This document shows, in pieces, positions 41,013-54,278 of a stretch of DNA of 64,000 bases. How positions within the stretch are numbered: position 1 is the stretch's first letter; every line of letters begins with the position of its first letter. The DNA comes from Octopus vulgaris. Lineage: Eukaryota. Below the pieces are notes generated by a model, which did not search any database, was not told the origin of the DNA, and saw only the letters and a program-made list of their open reading frames with translations. The DNA lies in the NCBI GenBank assembly GCA_951406725.2, contig OX597822.1:105710001-105774000 (forward strand), read 5' to 3'. The translations under genes and the position numbers were made by a program.

Positions 41013-42218
41013 TATACATATATATATATACGTATATATACATATATATACATATATATATATATATATAATATATATATATACATATATAAGCATATAT
41101 ATATATATATGTATGTATATATACATACATATATTATGTGTTCGTGTTCGGTGTGTATGCGCAAGCACGTGTGAATATGTGTGTGTGTGTGTTTATATCA
41201 TTGTTTTGGCTTCTAAGCTCTGTCCGTATTTAATGTGATGCTAGCCTCTCATAACACCACTAATGCCAGTACTTTTAAATGAGTTTATCTTCCTAAATTT
41301 AACTATATAACATTATATGACTACATTTCTCTGTGTGTTAGTTGATGCGCGAGAAGTTATGAAAAGCAACGCAGTCGACTCTTGTGCAAGTAACAGCAAC
41401 GCAAGTGCTATGTAGCCATTAGGAATATCGATTTTTCATTTAGGCACACGGCCGTGGATTTATAGTTGTAGGAGATAGTACAGTTTTCCTACCTTTTAGG
41501 AAAGCGATATCAATGAGAGTAGAAATTCCTTAAAATAGTGATTGAATTGCTTATTACATAATTTACATAGCAGGTGTCTGAAAATTCCCTAATTTCTATA
41601 ATGATTTAGCTGGAAGATGTTCCTTGCGTCTGTGGAAGTAGAAGCTATATGTTTGTTTGCGTGATTGCGCTTTCCAAAGATTCTATCGGAGACGGTGCAT
41701 AGATCTACGTGTCGCTATTATCTCCGATTCGAGACAAACGATGGGAGCCACAATGAGGTCATTGAATATGCTAGAAATATTAACCAGATCTCGCTCCTCT
41801 CCCTAAAAATATTTTATATTCTTAAGAAATTGAAGGATACATTTGAACATGTAGTATTAGCTAAACTAATGGATAGTTTGTTTATGGATGAGATTACTTT
41901 GATAATAAGGTTTGTTTAATTAGGGCATAACAGCAACAACCACTAATTAACACGTCTGTCCTGAATTAACCCTGTGTTCGGTGTCAAATTTAAACATTCT
42001 CATTTCAGAGTAATACTGCTAGCCACTACAGATATATCAATACAACTTTCATAAATAAGGTATAATTATTCTGAAACCTAGAAAATATTTCATACCTAGA
42101 ATATTTGCTTATTTTGCACACATTTTACACACCTGAAACAACATGGAAACAACAAATAATCATATTTCGGAAGTGATCTACAAAAAAAAAAAGAAATAAT
42201 AAAAATTACAACAAATTA

Positions 42219-42646
42219 GGTGCAGGAGTGGCTGTGTGGTAAGTAGCTTGCTAACCAACCACATGGTTCCGGGTTCAGTCCCACTGCGTGGCATCTTGGG
42301 CAAGTGTCTTCTGCTATAGCCCCGGGCCGACCAATGCCTTTGTGAGTGGATTTGGTAGACGGAAACTGAAAGAAGCCTGTCGTATATATGTATATATATA
42401 TATATGTGTGTGTGTATATGTTTGTGTGTCTGTGTTTGTTCCCCTAGCATTGCTTGACAACCGATGCTGGTGTGTTTACGTCCCCGTCACTTAGCGGTTC
42501 GGCAAAAGAGACCGATAGAATAAGTACTGGGCGTACAAAGAATAAGTCCCGGAGTCGATTTGCTCGACTAAAGGCGGTGCTCCAGCACGGCCACACTCAA
42601 ATGACTGAAACAAGTAAAAGAGTAAAAGAGTAAAGAGTAAAGAGTA
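42219..42646 (+). mobile_element. SINE-A full length
   Basis: Family match with extended (aaagagt)n tail. Confidence 0.95.
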
Positions 42647-42749
42647 ATTAGGAAAACTTTAGTTACTGTTAATATACTTTACATTAGTAATACTCTTCAC
42701 TACAATCGTTTGATTAGGTTTCTCTCTGTGAATCTACTAATAGTAAATT

Positions 42750-43128
42750 CACAGGCGTGACTGTACGGTAAGAAGCTTGCTTCCCAACCACATGGTTCTG
42801 GGTTCAGTCCCACTGTGTGGAAACTTGAGCAAGTGTCTCTTTTGTTATAGTCTCGGGCCGCCCAAAGCCTTGTGAGTGGATTCGGTAGACAAAACTGAAA
42901 GAAGCCTGTTATATAAATTGGGGGGGGGCGTCTTTGTGCCTGTGTTTGTCCCCTGACAACCTGTGTTGGTATGTTTACGTCCTCGTATCTAGCGGTTCGG
43001 CCAAAGAGCTTGATAGAATAAGTACCAGGATTAAGTAAAAAGTACTGGGTTCGATTCATTCGGTTAAAAATTCTTCAACGTGGTGCCCCAGCATGGCTGT
43101 AGTCTAATGACCGAAACAGGTAAAAGAT
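42750..43128 (+). mobile_element. SINE-A, older diverged subfamily
   Basis: Head cttgcttcccaaccacatgg (tRNA-Gly-like CCC loop); tail ggtgccccagcatggc. Confidence 0.85.
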
Positions 43129-44174
43129 AATTAATAATAGATATGTTATCTCTATCAAAATCTGATTCTATTATTCTCAGCTCTTGAGACTATTATCCTT
43201 TCCGTAATCTCTGAATCATTGATGATTAGAACACTAAAACTTTTGAAATTCTACACCATCAATAATTTCTCCTTCACTATTGAAACTTTTAAAGGAACCA
43301 AATGTTTTGGCATTCAGAATTGGTTATACATTGATATAAGGGAGATGATGAAAACTATTCTATCGTCCATGATAAAATAAATAATTTTTATCTTTTATTT
43401 GTTTCAGTCATTGGACTGTGGTAATGCTTTGAAGGGTTTGGTCGAAGAATTTGGTCCTAGTACTGTTTGGGGGTCTCTTTTTCTAAAGCTTGCTGCCTTT
43501 TTTCTATCGGTCACTTACCCTACTGCTGTTATAAGGACGTAAATAAATTTTGAAAAAAAAAACAGTTGTCAAACAGCGGGTGGCGCATAAACAATTACAA
43601 AGATATATACAGGCACACACAGACACTTACACACACGTACACTCACACACTCTGTCTGTCTCTCTCTCTCTCTTTCACACACACACACATGCACACAAGC
43701 ACACAAACACACATGGACTAAACGTGGCTGACATGTCAAACGAGCCACTTGGTCACACAGCCATGATTGCGACTGTTTCCCAAAAAAAAAAGAAAAAGAA
43801 AGAGTTTGCAAACACGATTAACATCTATACAAATATTGTTAAGAATGTCTAACTTTTCTCTTCTCCATCAGAAGAAAGAGATACCTGTGGCTAAGCAACG
43901 ACGACAATAATAACAGTGACATCTCCTTATTCAAAATCTCATTGTTAAAACTGACATAAATTCGTATTCTGATGGTCAAGTTCTAATACTGGAGTATAAT
44001 TAAGGTAGCTCAGAATTTTGAAATATTTGTTTATAGCTTTCAATTTTGAAATCCAATTATTGTTTCTGATACGTATGGACAGAACTTAAAATCTGTATGA
44101 ATGAGACTTTCTTAAATAAATATATAAAGAGACACGAACACACACACAGAGATGAAATGGAAGAATGGAAAGAC

Positions 44175-44236
44175 TGATCGATCGATCGATCGATAGATAG
44201 ATAAATAGATAGATAGAGATAGATAGATAGATAAAC

Positions 44237-44305
<69 letters not shown>

Positions 44306-44396
44306 TATAGAAACACAGATAGAGATAGATAGATACATACATAGATACATAGATAAATAGATAGATAGATAGATAGATATATAGATAGATAGATAA

Positions 44397-44449
<53 letters not shown>

Positions 44450-44504
44450 CAGATAGATAGATAGATGGATGGATGGAGGGAGGGATAGATGGATGGATAG
44501 ATAT

Positions 44505-44598
<94 letters not shown>
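44175..44598. repeat. Compound (GATA)n microsatellite
   Basis: Direct reading. Confidence 0.97.
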
Positions 44599-45154
44599 CG
44601 GTAAAAGGTTACGCTATCGAAATCTGTTATAGTTCCATCTGTTGAATTATCAGAATTGCAATGAGGAACTAGGGAAAATATATTGCCTCCATATTGATAG
44701 CTAAAATTTGAGAAGTAGTGAAAGAAGGAGTAACAGAAAGAGTGTAGAGTAGGAGTAGATGAGAAAATATGAACAGGTGAGAGAGAAGAGGTGGTGTTTC
44801 AATGATATAGCTGATAAACGGATAATATTTTAAATAGCGATATAAAATTTAGAACATTTTCTTATTTGAGAAAATGTCTTACCTGAGAGAAATCCCATAA
44901 GTGTAGTGTGGTCTACGAATTTAACATTTTCACTAGTAAACTCTATTCACTGAGCATGATGGCAAATGGAAAGAGAAATTCTTCTCATCCAATAATGGGA
45001 GGTTTCAAGTTTAAAGTTATTTATTGCGCACCCGAAGACACCATATCTGGATAGTGTTTCGAAGGAAGTTAGCAGATAATCAATTGAAGCGTGGAAAGGT
45101 GTTTATAAGCCATTTAGGAAACAGACAAAACCGTTAGATTCACTTCAGCATATA

Positions 45155-45574
45155 CTCTCTCTTTTACTCTTTTTCACTTGTTTCAGTCATTTGACTGCGG
45201 CCATGCTGGAGCACCGCCTTTAGTCGAGCAAATCGACCCCGAGACTTATTCTTTTGTAAGCCCAGTACTTATTCTATCGGTCTCTTTTTGCCGAACCGCT
45301 AAGTGACGGGGACATAAGCACACCAGCATCGGTTGTCAAGCAATGCTAGGAGGACAAACACAGACACACAAACACACACACATACATATATATATATACA
45401 TATATATATACGACAGGCTTCTTTTAGTTTCCGTCTACCAAATCCACTCACAAAGGCATTGGTCGGCCTGGGGCTATAGCAGAAGCCACTTGCCCAAGGT
45501 GCCACGCAGTGGGACTGAACCCGGAACCATGTGGTTGGTTAGCAAGCTACTTACCACACAGCCACTCCTGTGCC
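45155..45574 (-). mobile_element. SINE-A inserted into the left arm of the fold-back
   Basis: Family match; short atata duplication at the junctions. Confidence 0.95.
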
Positions 45575-45658
45575 TATATAAATTTAATTTGTCAAAATAT
45601 TTTCGTCGCTTTGAGACCGCGACCTGTTCACAGACAAAACTGAGATGCAGCAAGAAGT

Positions 45659-45709
45659 TTTGTCAGTGAACAGGTTGCGGTCTCAAAGCGACGAAAATAT
45701 TTTGACAAA
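45659..45709 (+). ncRNA. Hammerhead ribozyme motif with G3:C8 core variant (inverted second copy at 45588-45638, minus strand)
   Basis: uuuguca-GUGAACA-g-guugc(ggucucaaa)gcgac-GAAA-auau-UU-ugacaaa. 7-bp stem I, 5-bp stem II, palindromic stem III. Confidence 0.7.
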
Positions 45710-46332
45710 TTAAATTTATATGTTGAAGTGAATCTAACGGTTTTTTGTGTTTCATAAATGGCTTATAAACACCTTCCACGCTGCAGTTGTTTTCGTTCCA
45801 GTACACGATCTCAGATCAAGTCACTCGCTATGCAAGTACATCTCCGTAATTAGCAGATACTATTTTATGAATCAGAAATACAGAACACAAAAACGCCGTT
45901 TGGTATTGTTTTTAATCTTTGACAAAACATTAATTAATATTTGATATAGTTTCAGGTTTTGGATATTACATTTTTTTTTAAATATCACCAACTCATATAT
46001 GCGCTACAAAATTGATTAGGAAATGTGTAAAGCTGTCCGAAACGTAATTTGAATGTGTCAACGAGTGTATACTTTTGAAGCCGAATTTCTGTTCACAGTG
46101 ACAAAGTAAATAATCCATTTGTAAGTAAGTAGATATCTCTTAAGATGCAGTTGTAAGTTTGCAACGATTCGATTAGAGAAGAATCACGAAGTCTGGTGCT
46201 TTTCATGCTGGATAATGATTGTGCATATTCACACACACTCATACCTCTCTCTACCTCTCTTCCTCTCCCTCTCCTTGTCTCTCTCCCCCTTTCTTTCCCC
46301 CTCTCTCCTCTTTCTCTCCCTCTCTCCCTCTC

Positions 46333-46366
<34 letters not shown>

Positions 46367-46397
46367 CTATGAGTGCGTGTATATATTATATATATAT

Positions 46398-46682
46398 AAG
46401 TTCAGCAAAATTTCGATTCAGATGAATATGGTACTTAAGTCAAAGGCACCAGAATTTTGTATGGTATTATCCATATAAATCAATGTGGTGATTATAACCA
46501 AAATAAGCAACAAATATATCCGAGGTAGAGTGGTACAATTGTTTCATGCAGGACGAGTTTAAAATGTGCATTGTCCGTTTGCTAGACTTTTTAAAACTGA
46601 TGTAATACTTACAGTGTTTAATAAAATGAAGTAGCATGAAACAATTGTACCACTCTACATCGGATATACTTGTTGCTTATTT

Positions 46683-46686
<4 letters not shown>
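46398..46686 (+). mobile_element. Longest copy of the fold-back repeat family, ~50-bp inverted arms containing hammerhead 3' halves
   Basis: caaaataagcaacaa..atatccga.gtagagtggtacaattgtttcatgc / gcatGAAAcaattgTAccactctac..cggatatacttgttgcttattttg. Confidence 0.85.
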
Positions 46687-46732
<46 letters not shown>

Positions 46733-47660
46733 GCACATATACATAAACGACACACACATGCTAGTCGGAGCATACGCATGGCACGTGTATCAAGAGCTTC
46801 TTACGCAAACATTTATATAAATATATGTATATATAAATGTAAGAGTGTGTGTGTATGTACGTTGGTAAAGATGGTGATCATTTGCCGGAAACCTGCAGGA
46901 CGAAAACAAAACCTGTCAATGTTTGGATAAATTCACTAGGATCATTGGCTACCCAGCAATTGTGAGTGAGAGACCCTAATCTTTTGGTTTAAACGTCTTT
47001 GTAAGAAAACTAAAACACTGATATCGCATTTGCGACTTCATGTGCATTCAATAATGTAGACTATATCTTCTCGCTGGGTAAATCCATACTGTCCTTGGGG
47101 AATGAGTGTGACTCTATGCAAAACCTTTCCTCTCTTCACAAAGCTTCATGCACTAACATCGTTTGATATTTAACATCGCCATTATATGTCTCATACTAAA
47201 GTTGGCCCTAAACGCAAAAAGCAAAACACTAAATGAGAAAAAATTTCACGAGAGAGTGAAGACGTGTATGATTGGCAAGCTCTCTGAACACCTGCTGTCA
47301 GAGGTGACCATCTTTGCCAACATTTTTTCCAAAAGCGTGCAAGTCCATTGAAGGCTTCTGAACCACATCTGTACTGTTCAGGGTTAAGAGAATAGTCAAC
47401 CATTATCATTGAACGGAATGGAGATGCCACCATCAAGTATGTATGTTGTTAGTCTCTGCGTGTTTATGTACGTGTATGTGTAGCGAATACTGAACTAAAA
47501 GTCTTCTGGTATTCCATTTCTGTGTAATTTCTCTTTAAAATATGAAAACAATTCTAAGGTAGTTTTTCACTCTATATTTTGAAATATATCTATTAAAAGT
47601 TCTGGCAAAAGAATGTTTTAATACTCAGAGCCACAATAATAAACCACATCAAATTGTGTG

Positions 47661-47709
<49 letters not shown>

Positions 47710-47808
47710 CATGTATGTATGTATATATAAATATGTATATATATATATATAAATATGTATATATGTATGTATGTATGTGTGTATATACATATATATATAT
47801 ATACATAT

Positions 47809-49128
47809 ACACACACGCATACGTCAAGATAACCAGCCCTCTTCCACACGAACATACGAACTTACTTATACACACTCATGCGCACCTTCGTTTTGGGGTC
47901 ACCACTTTATATATATATATATATACACACATATATCTACATATACTTATACATACAGACACACACACACACATATATATATATATTTATGGGGGGGGGG
48001 AGAATTCCCCAAAAGTAAAGACACTCGGGAAGTGAAAAAGTATTTAACGTTTCGAGCCTATGCTCTTCCACAGAAAGGAACACAGAAAGAAACAAGGAGA
48101 GAAAATAAAGAATGTGTAGAGGCTAGCGATCTATCATGGCGGATGCCGGACAGAAGACTCACACAGGAGAGCTAGGGAGAAGGGGAGGTAATATAGTAGT
48201 GGTGATCCCAAAACGAAGGTGCGCATGTGTGTGTATAAGAAAGTTTGTATGTTCGTGTGGAAGATGACTGGTGATCTTGACGTGTGCGTGTGTGTATGTG
48301 TAGATGTGAAAATGTGGGTCTGGGAAGTGGTCAGTACTGGTGTGTGCGTGGTAGTGTGTTGTGATGTGATGTGTTGTGTGGTATGGTGGTGTAAGGTGTA
48401 GTGGTATGTGGTGTGGTGTGATGGTGTTGGGCGGTCGTGGAGGCGAGAGTGGGGAAAGCAACGGTAAGGTGTGGGTTAGACTGAGGGTGGGGGTAGAGGT
48501 GGGTGTATGTGGGTGTTGGTGTAAGGGATGGGGTGGGATGAGGAAGTATAGAGAAGGTGTGGTGGAATATGTAGGGGTGGGGTAGACTTACGAGCGAGGT
48601 GTGATAATGAAGGGAGGAAGGAGAAGGTGGGTAGGAGTGAAGAGAAGTAGAAGTCGGAGCAAGAGAGGAAAGGTGGATGGGAGGAAGTAGGTGTGAGGGG
48701 GAGAGAGGCGAGGGTAGGAGAGTTGAGACACGTGGCGCAAAGGAGCGAAGAGACAAGCTTAGTCCTGTTCACGGCGCAAACGGGTGTCCGGATGGCTTCT
48801 GTGCAAGGACAATCCGAACACGGACAGGTGTTGCAAAGAATGACCGGTAGAGCGGAAATGACGCGAGAACGGGGTGTCATTGCCGAGTCGGATGTCTTGG
48901 AGGTTTTCTGCGAACCGGCCAGCCAGACGGCGACCCGTTTGCCCGGTGTATAGAGAAGGGAAGAGAGAGAGCAGGAGATACAATAGATGATATTGGTAGA
49001 AGTGCAGGTGAAGGAGTCGGTGATGTTGTAGTGTTGATGATGGGTGCCGATGAGGAGGGTGGTGTTGGATTGGTAAGGGCAAATACGGCAGAGTGGGCGG
49101 GAGCAGGGGAACGAGCCGGGTTGGGGGG
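47809..49128 (-). mobile_element. 5'-truncated Penelope-like element: GIY-YIG remnant, 3' UTR/pLTR with hammerhead (48042-48077), inverted partial copy
   Basis: GIY-YIG coding at 48720-49128; pLTR homologous to 21688-21875; 47809-47906 is an inverted copy of 48198-48295; abuts (TA)n. Confidence 0.88.
48720..49128 (-). pseudogene. PLE GIY-YIG endonuclease domain, frameshifted
   Basis: GSFPCSRPLCRICPY..SFTCTSTNIIYCISCSL / SLYTGQTGRRLAGRFAENLQDIR..PFSRHF..GHS..RLRREQ / LRSFAPR: Cys linker, IIY...YxG motifs, conserved R and E. Confidence 0.9.
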
Positions 49129-49892
49129 TTATATATATATACATATATATATATTGAACATTGTCCAACGTAGTCGATGGTATTCATTAGGGTTTGATAT
49201 TTTTATTAAATTTCTAATTCAGTACGTATAGATAGCTTTCAGAAAGCTTCAGAACACGATGAGTTTAGCTGTTTTCTGAAAATTATAATATAACAGGCCA
49301 CACGTCATGATGAACATTCGTGATGAATTCTTATGAAAAGGTATCTTAAACATACAAAAAAAGCGTTGTAATGCTTGACAAGTTTGCTACAGCAGTGGAC
49401 GCAGTGTATTCTGGTATTTACTGATACCTCTTTAATTCTTGATTTAGAATACTGCTTACGTCAACTTCGGCTTATATCCGTCTCTGGTCGATAAAACAAA
49501 ACTATGACCGAGCTCAGTAATATCATCTATATCTCTCTCTTCCCAAGACTGAGGACTGTGTCTATGTTAAAAATCAATATTTCAGATAGAAACAAAAGAA
49601 CATAGATAAATTTCATCGTTTTGAAGTTGCATGATTCCGTATGCATATGCACAGTCAGCAAACTGCTTTCTATCTTATGAAAATGCACAACTGTTCATGA
49701 ACGAATGGGGCCTAGCTTAATAAGAATCGGTTCATCTTCTAATAAAAAAAAAAAAAAATATTAAATTCTTTTTTATCCATTCGCTTTGGTGTTCTTGCTC
49801 TTTGATCTTCGATTTATTCCAATAATAGGTTTTTGAAATAGAATATACTGGTCTTATATAACGTCAGAATCTATTGTCTGTAAAAATACAGG

Positions 49893-49943
<51 letters not shown>

Positions 49944-50149
49944 CATGTATTCGGAGAAACGCCTACACTGTATATAGATCTACAGAATGTTAATTAAAAC
50001 CGACCGTAATTTGTTTAAGCACTTTATGTTACTAGTTTTCAATGATTCTATATTTAATGTACTAAAGCGTATTTCAGTCGAAACCTGGTATATTGTTATT
50101 TCCGATGAATAAAGTACGAAGTATACATTCACATACATGCATACATACA

Positions 50150-50244
<95 letters not shown>

Positions 50245-50390
50245 CCTTTCATACATACATACATATATATATATATATATGTATATATGTATATATATAT
50301 ATACTCACACACATATATATATGTATATATGTATATATATATATACACACACACACATATATATATGTATATATATATATACATACATAT

Positions 50391-50426
<36 letters not shown>

Positions 50427-50566
50427 CCTTTCATACATACATACATATATATATATATGTATATATGTATATATATATATACTCACACACATATATATAT
50501 GTATATATGTATATATATATATACACACACACACATATATATATGTATATATATATACATACATAT

Positions 50567-50598
<32 letters not shown>

Positions 50599-50700
50599 CC
50601 TTTCATACATACATATATATATATATATATGTATATATGTATATATATACTCACACACATATATATATATGTATATAGATACACACACACACATATATAT
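50245..50700. repeat. Higher-order tandem repeat of compound microsatellite units (182 and 172 bp)
   Basis: Anchor cctttcatac at 50245, 50427, 50599, with the same order of actcacacac/(TA)/(CA) blocks. Confidence 0.85.
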
Positions 50701-50703
50701 ATG

Positions 50704-50736
<33 letters not shown>

Positions 50737-51224
50737 ATTTATATATGTATATATATACACACATATTTATATATGTATATATATACACACATATGTATAT
50801 ATATATACACACATATTTATATATGTATATATATATACACATATGTATATATATACATACATATATATATATATAATATATATATCATATAGAATCCTAT
50901 TCTTTAACGTTGGCTAATATTCATAACAATACACGTATCTTCACAAATGGGGAAATGGGCCACACACATTTCTATTTTCATAGCATTGAAAATATGATAG
51001 GTAGAACACAGCATTGAGATTAGAGAGGCGCAAACAATGACAGATACCTAGAACCTATCCTAACACCAAGTTAATCACGTGAAAGTGAACGGAGTTGAAT
51101 ATGGAGATGCCAAGGCAGAAATGTAAATATATATTGATAACCTATTTTAATACCATAGGCTGCAGTTTTTGGTGGAATGAGGTAATAATAATTGGTTTCA
51201 ATTATTTCTTTTAGTTTTTTTTTT

Positions 51225-51623
51225 ATTCTCTTACCAGTTTCAGTTATTTTGACTGCGCCCATGCTGGAGCACCCCCCTTTAGTCAAATAAATCGATCTCA
51301 AGACATTCATTGTAAGCCTAGAACTTATTCTATCGCTAAGTTACGGGGACGTAAATACACCAACATTGGTTGTCAAGCGATGGGGGATGGACAAACACAC
51401 ACATACACACACATACACACACACACACACACATATATATATGTATGTATTTATGTATACGACGGGCATCTTTCAGTTTCCATCTACCAAATACACTCAG
51501 TAGGCTTTGGTCGAGCCGAGACTGAAGTAGAAGACACTTGCCCAAGGTACCACGCAGTGGGACTAAATTCCGGGACCGTGTGGTTGGGAAGCAAGCTTGT
51601 TGCCACAGAACCACTCCTGCACC
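51225..51623 (-). mobile_element. SINE-A, diverged copy
   Basis: Family match. Confidence 0.88.
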
Positions 51624-51826
51624 TCATAATTTTGATATATTCTCAAGAAAATTAAAAATAAGTGTGCTGGTACAATTGTGTTTTTATTGAGGTTGCTGTG
51701 GAATTGTATGCATTTAGTTTCGATCCCACTGCAGGTGAAGCTGGGTGAATGTATTATATTGCTGACCAAAGCCTTATAAGTGAAATTTGATGGAAAGTGT
51801 TGCGAGAATCTATCGCTCGCACACAC

Positions 51827-51906
<80 letters not shown>

Positions 51907-51945
51907 AGACAATAGAGATTATGGTGACTATTGTTCAACTTCAAA

Positions 51946-52532
51946 GGGCGGTGAGCTGGCAGAAAAGTTAGCGCGCTGGGCGAAATGCTTAGCGGTATTT
52001 CGTCTGTCTTTACGTTCTGAGTTCAAATTCCACCGAGGTCGACTTTGCCTTTCAACCTTTCGAGGTCAATAAATAAAGTACCAGTTTCGCACTGGAGTCG
52101 ATGTAACCGACTTAATACCTATGTCTGTCCTTGTTTGTCCCCCCTTGTGGGTAATAAAGAAATAGGTATTTCGTCTGTCGTTACGTTCTGAGTTCAAATT
52201 CCGCCGAGGTCGACTTTGCCTTTCATCCTTTCGAGGTCAATAAGTAAAGTACCAGTTTCGCACTGGAGTCGATATAATCGACTTAATCTCTTTGTCTGTC
52301 CTTGTTTGTCCCCTCTGTATTTAACCCCTTGTGGGTAATAAAGAAATAGGTATTTCGTCTGTCGTTACGTTCTGAGTTCAAATTCCGCCGAGTTCGACTT
52401 TGCCTTTCATCCTTTCGAGGTCAATAAATAAAGTACCAGTTTCGCACTGGAGTCGATATAATCGACTTAATCTCTTTGTCTGTCCTTGTTTGTCCCCTCT
52501 ATGTTTAGCCCCTTGTGGGTAGTAAAGAAATA
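51946..52532 (+). mobile_element. SINE-B trimer within one ~17-bp TSD
   Basis: tattgttcaacttcaaa (51929-51945) / tatggttcaacttccaa (52533-52549); all units share cgaggtcaat and gtttcgcactggag variants. Confidence 0.95.
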
Positions 52533-53788
52533 TATGGTTCAACTTCCAAATGTATTTCCTTTTAATATATAATGTCATACAGCATATCTTTACTGTTTTG
52601 ACGACCTACACGTGTTTCCACTGCATAGAGTATGAGCAGTTGCATATGCAACCGGGCATAATTTTCTGTGCAGATTCGTTCAAGTTCATTCTACTACCTT
52701 GGCTCAAAGCGAACTGAGTTCAGGTTAGTTCCTTATTGGTAAGAGTTCAATGGTAGTGAGGGAAGGTTGTTTTGAATCTGAAACGTGATCTTTTTGTAAA
52801 CCTGTTGCTAAATAGCCTCGAGATCCAGTGAGGCGAACACGGAATTACCCACCGAAGGAATTTAAAGTGAGAGTGGCAATTCCTAATAGTCATAGATGGT
52901 AAGTACTAATCGATGCAGTCAGCCGTAACCTAGATCATAACTAAGAGCTACCACGGTATCCGCCCAGACAATATATCCCTCTAATCTCACACACACATAC
53001 ACACACACAAACACATATATATATGTGTATGTATGTATGTATGTATGTATGTATGTATGTATGTATGTATGTATGTATATATGTATGTATGCATGTATGT
53101 GTACGATGGGCTAGGTTGAAATGATTCAAACATGTGTGTGGGCGTTCGTATGTTCCTATTTGTCTTCCGTTCTGTTTGCCGCAACTTGAAATCGATTCAG
53201 TCACAACCTAATGGTTTTCATCACTAATTTGGGTCAAAAACAAAACACAAATAGGCGGTTCGATACTCATAGATCAGTATATCGAACATCAAACTGCAAC
53301 GATCGACTACATCATTTGAAGGCGGAGCTTCATCATGGCCGCAATCCAATGACTGAACCAATGAAAATAAGGAAATGACAATTAATTAGAGAAGAACATG
53401 ATTACTAATTTCAGCAGTATGAATATGGAAATGTACACACATATATATATATACATACATACATACATACATACATACTTACATGTACATATTTATGTAT
53501 GTATATATGTATACATACATACATATATGTATGTATGTGTGCATGCATGTATCAGTCTGTCTGTAAGTATATATGTATGGTGTATATATGACTGTATGTA
53601 TATATGTCTGCCTTTTTCTCTGTCGGTATATATATATGTGTGTGTGTATGTGGGTGGGTGTGTGTGTGTGTGTATGTATGTATATGTATGTATGTATGTA
53701 TACGTATGTATGTAGTATGTTTGTGTAGGTCTGTCTGTCTGTATGTATGTATGCATGTATGCGTGTGTATATATGTTTGATGCACATC

Positions 53789-53840
<52 letters not shown>

Positions 53841-53874
53841 GTTATCATCATCATCATCATCATCATCAAAATTA

Positions 53875-54278
53875 AGGCTGCAAGCTGGCAGAATCGTTAA
53901 CACGCCGAACAAATTGCTTAGCAGTATTCCGTCCGTCTTTACATTCTGAGTTCAAATTCCGCCGAGGTGGACTTTGCCTTTGAAGCTTCAGGGTCGATTA
54001 AATAAATACCAGTACGCACTGGTGTCGATATAATCGACTTAATCGTGTGTCTGTCCTTGTTTGTCCCCTCTGTGTTTAGCCTCTTGTGGGTAGTAAAGAA
54101 ATAGAAATAGGTATTCCGCCCATGTCTACGTTCTGAGTACAAATTTCGCTGAGGTCGATTTTACTTTTCATCCTTTCGGGGTCGATAAACTAAGTACTAG
54201 TTGAACACTGGAGTCGATAAAATCAACTCATCCACTCCCCCGCACAAATTGTTGCCCATGTGGCAAAATTTGAAGCCA
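53875..54278 (+). mobile_element. SINE-B: head + B2 unit + older B1-tailed body
   Basis: Junction aaatagaaata|ggtattccg near 54108; ends aaaatttgaagcc(att)n. Confidence 0.88.

Larger units (their letters stand above)
45081..45789. repeat. ~290-bp fold-back (inverted pLTR-like) interrupted by a SINE-A insertion
   Basis: 45081-45154 plus 45576-45641 is the reverse complement of 45656-45789; 14-nt spacer. Confidence 0.92.

Noticed and set aside
47050-47440. Higher-complexity segment with short ORFs on both strands
   Set aside because: Possibly an old retroelement, but no diagnostic motif identified.
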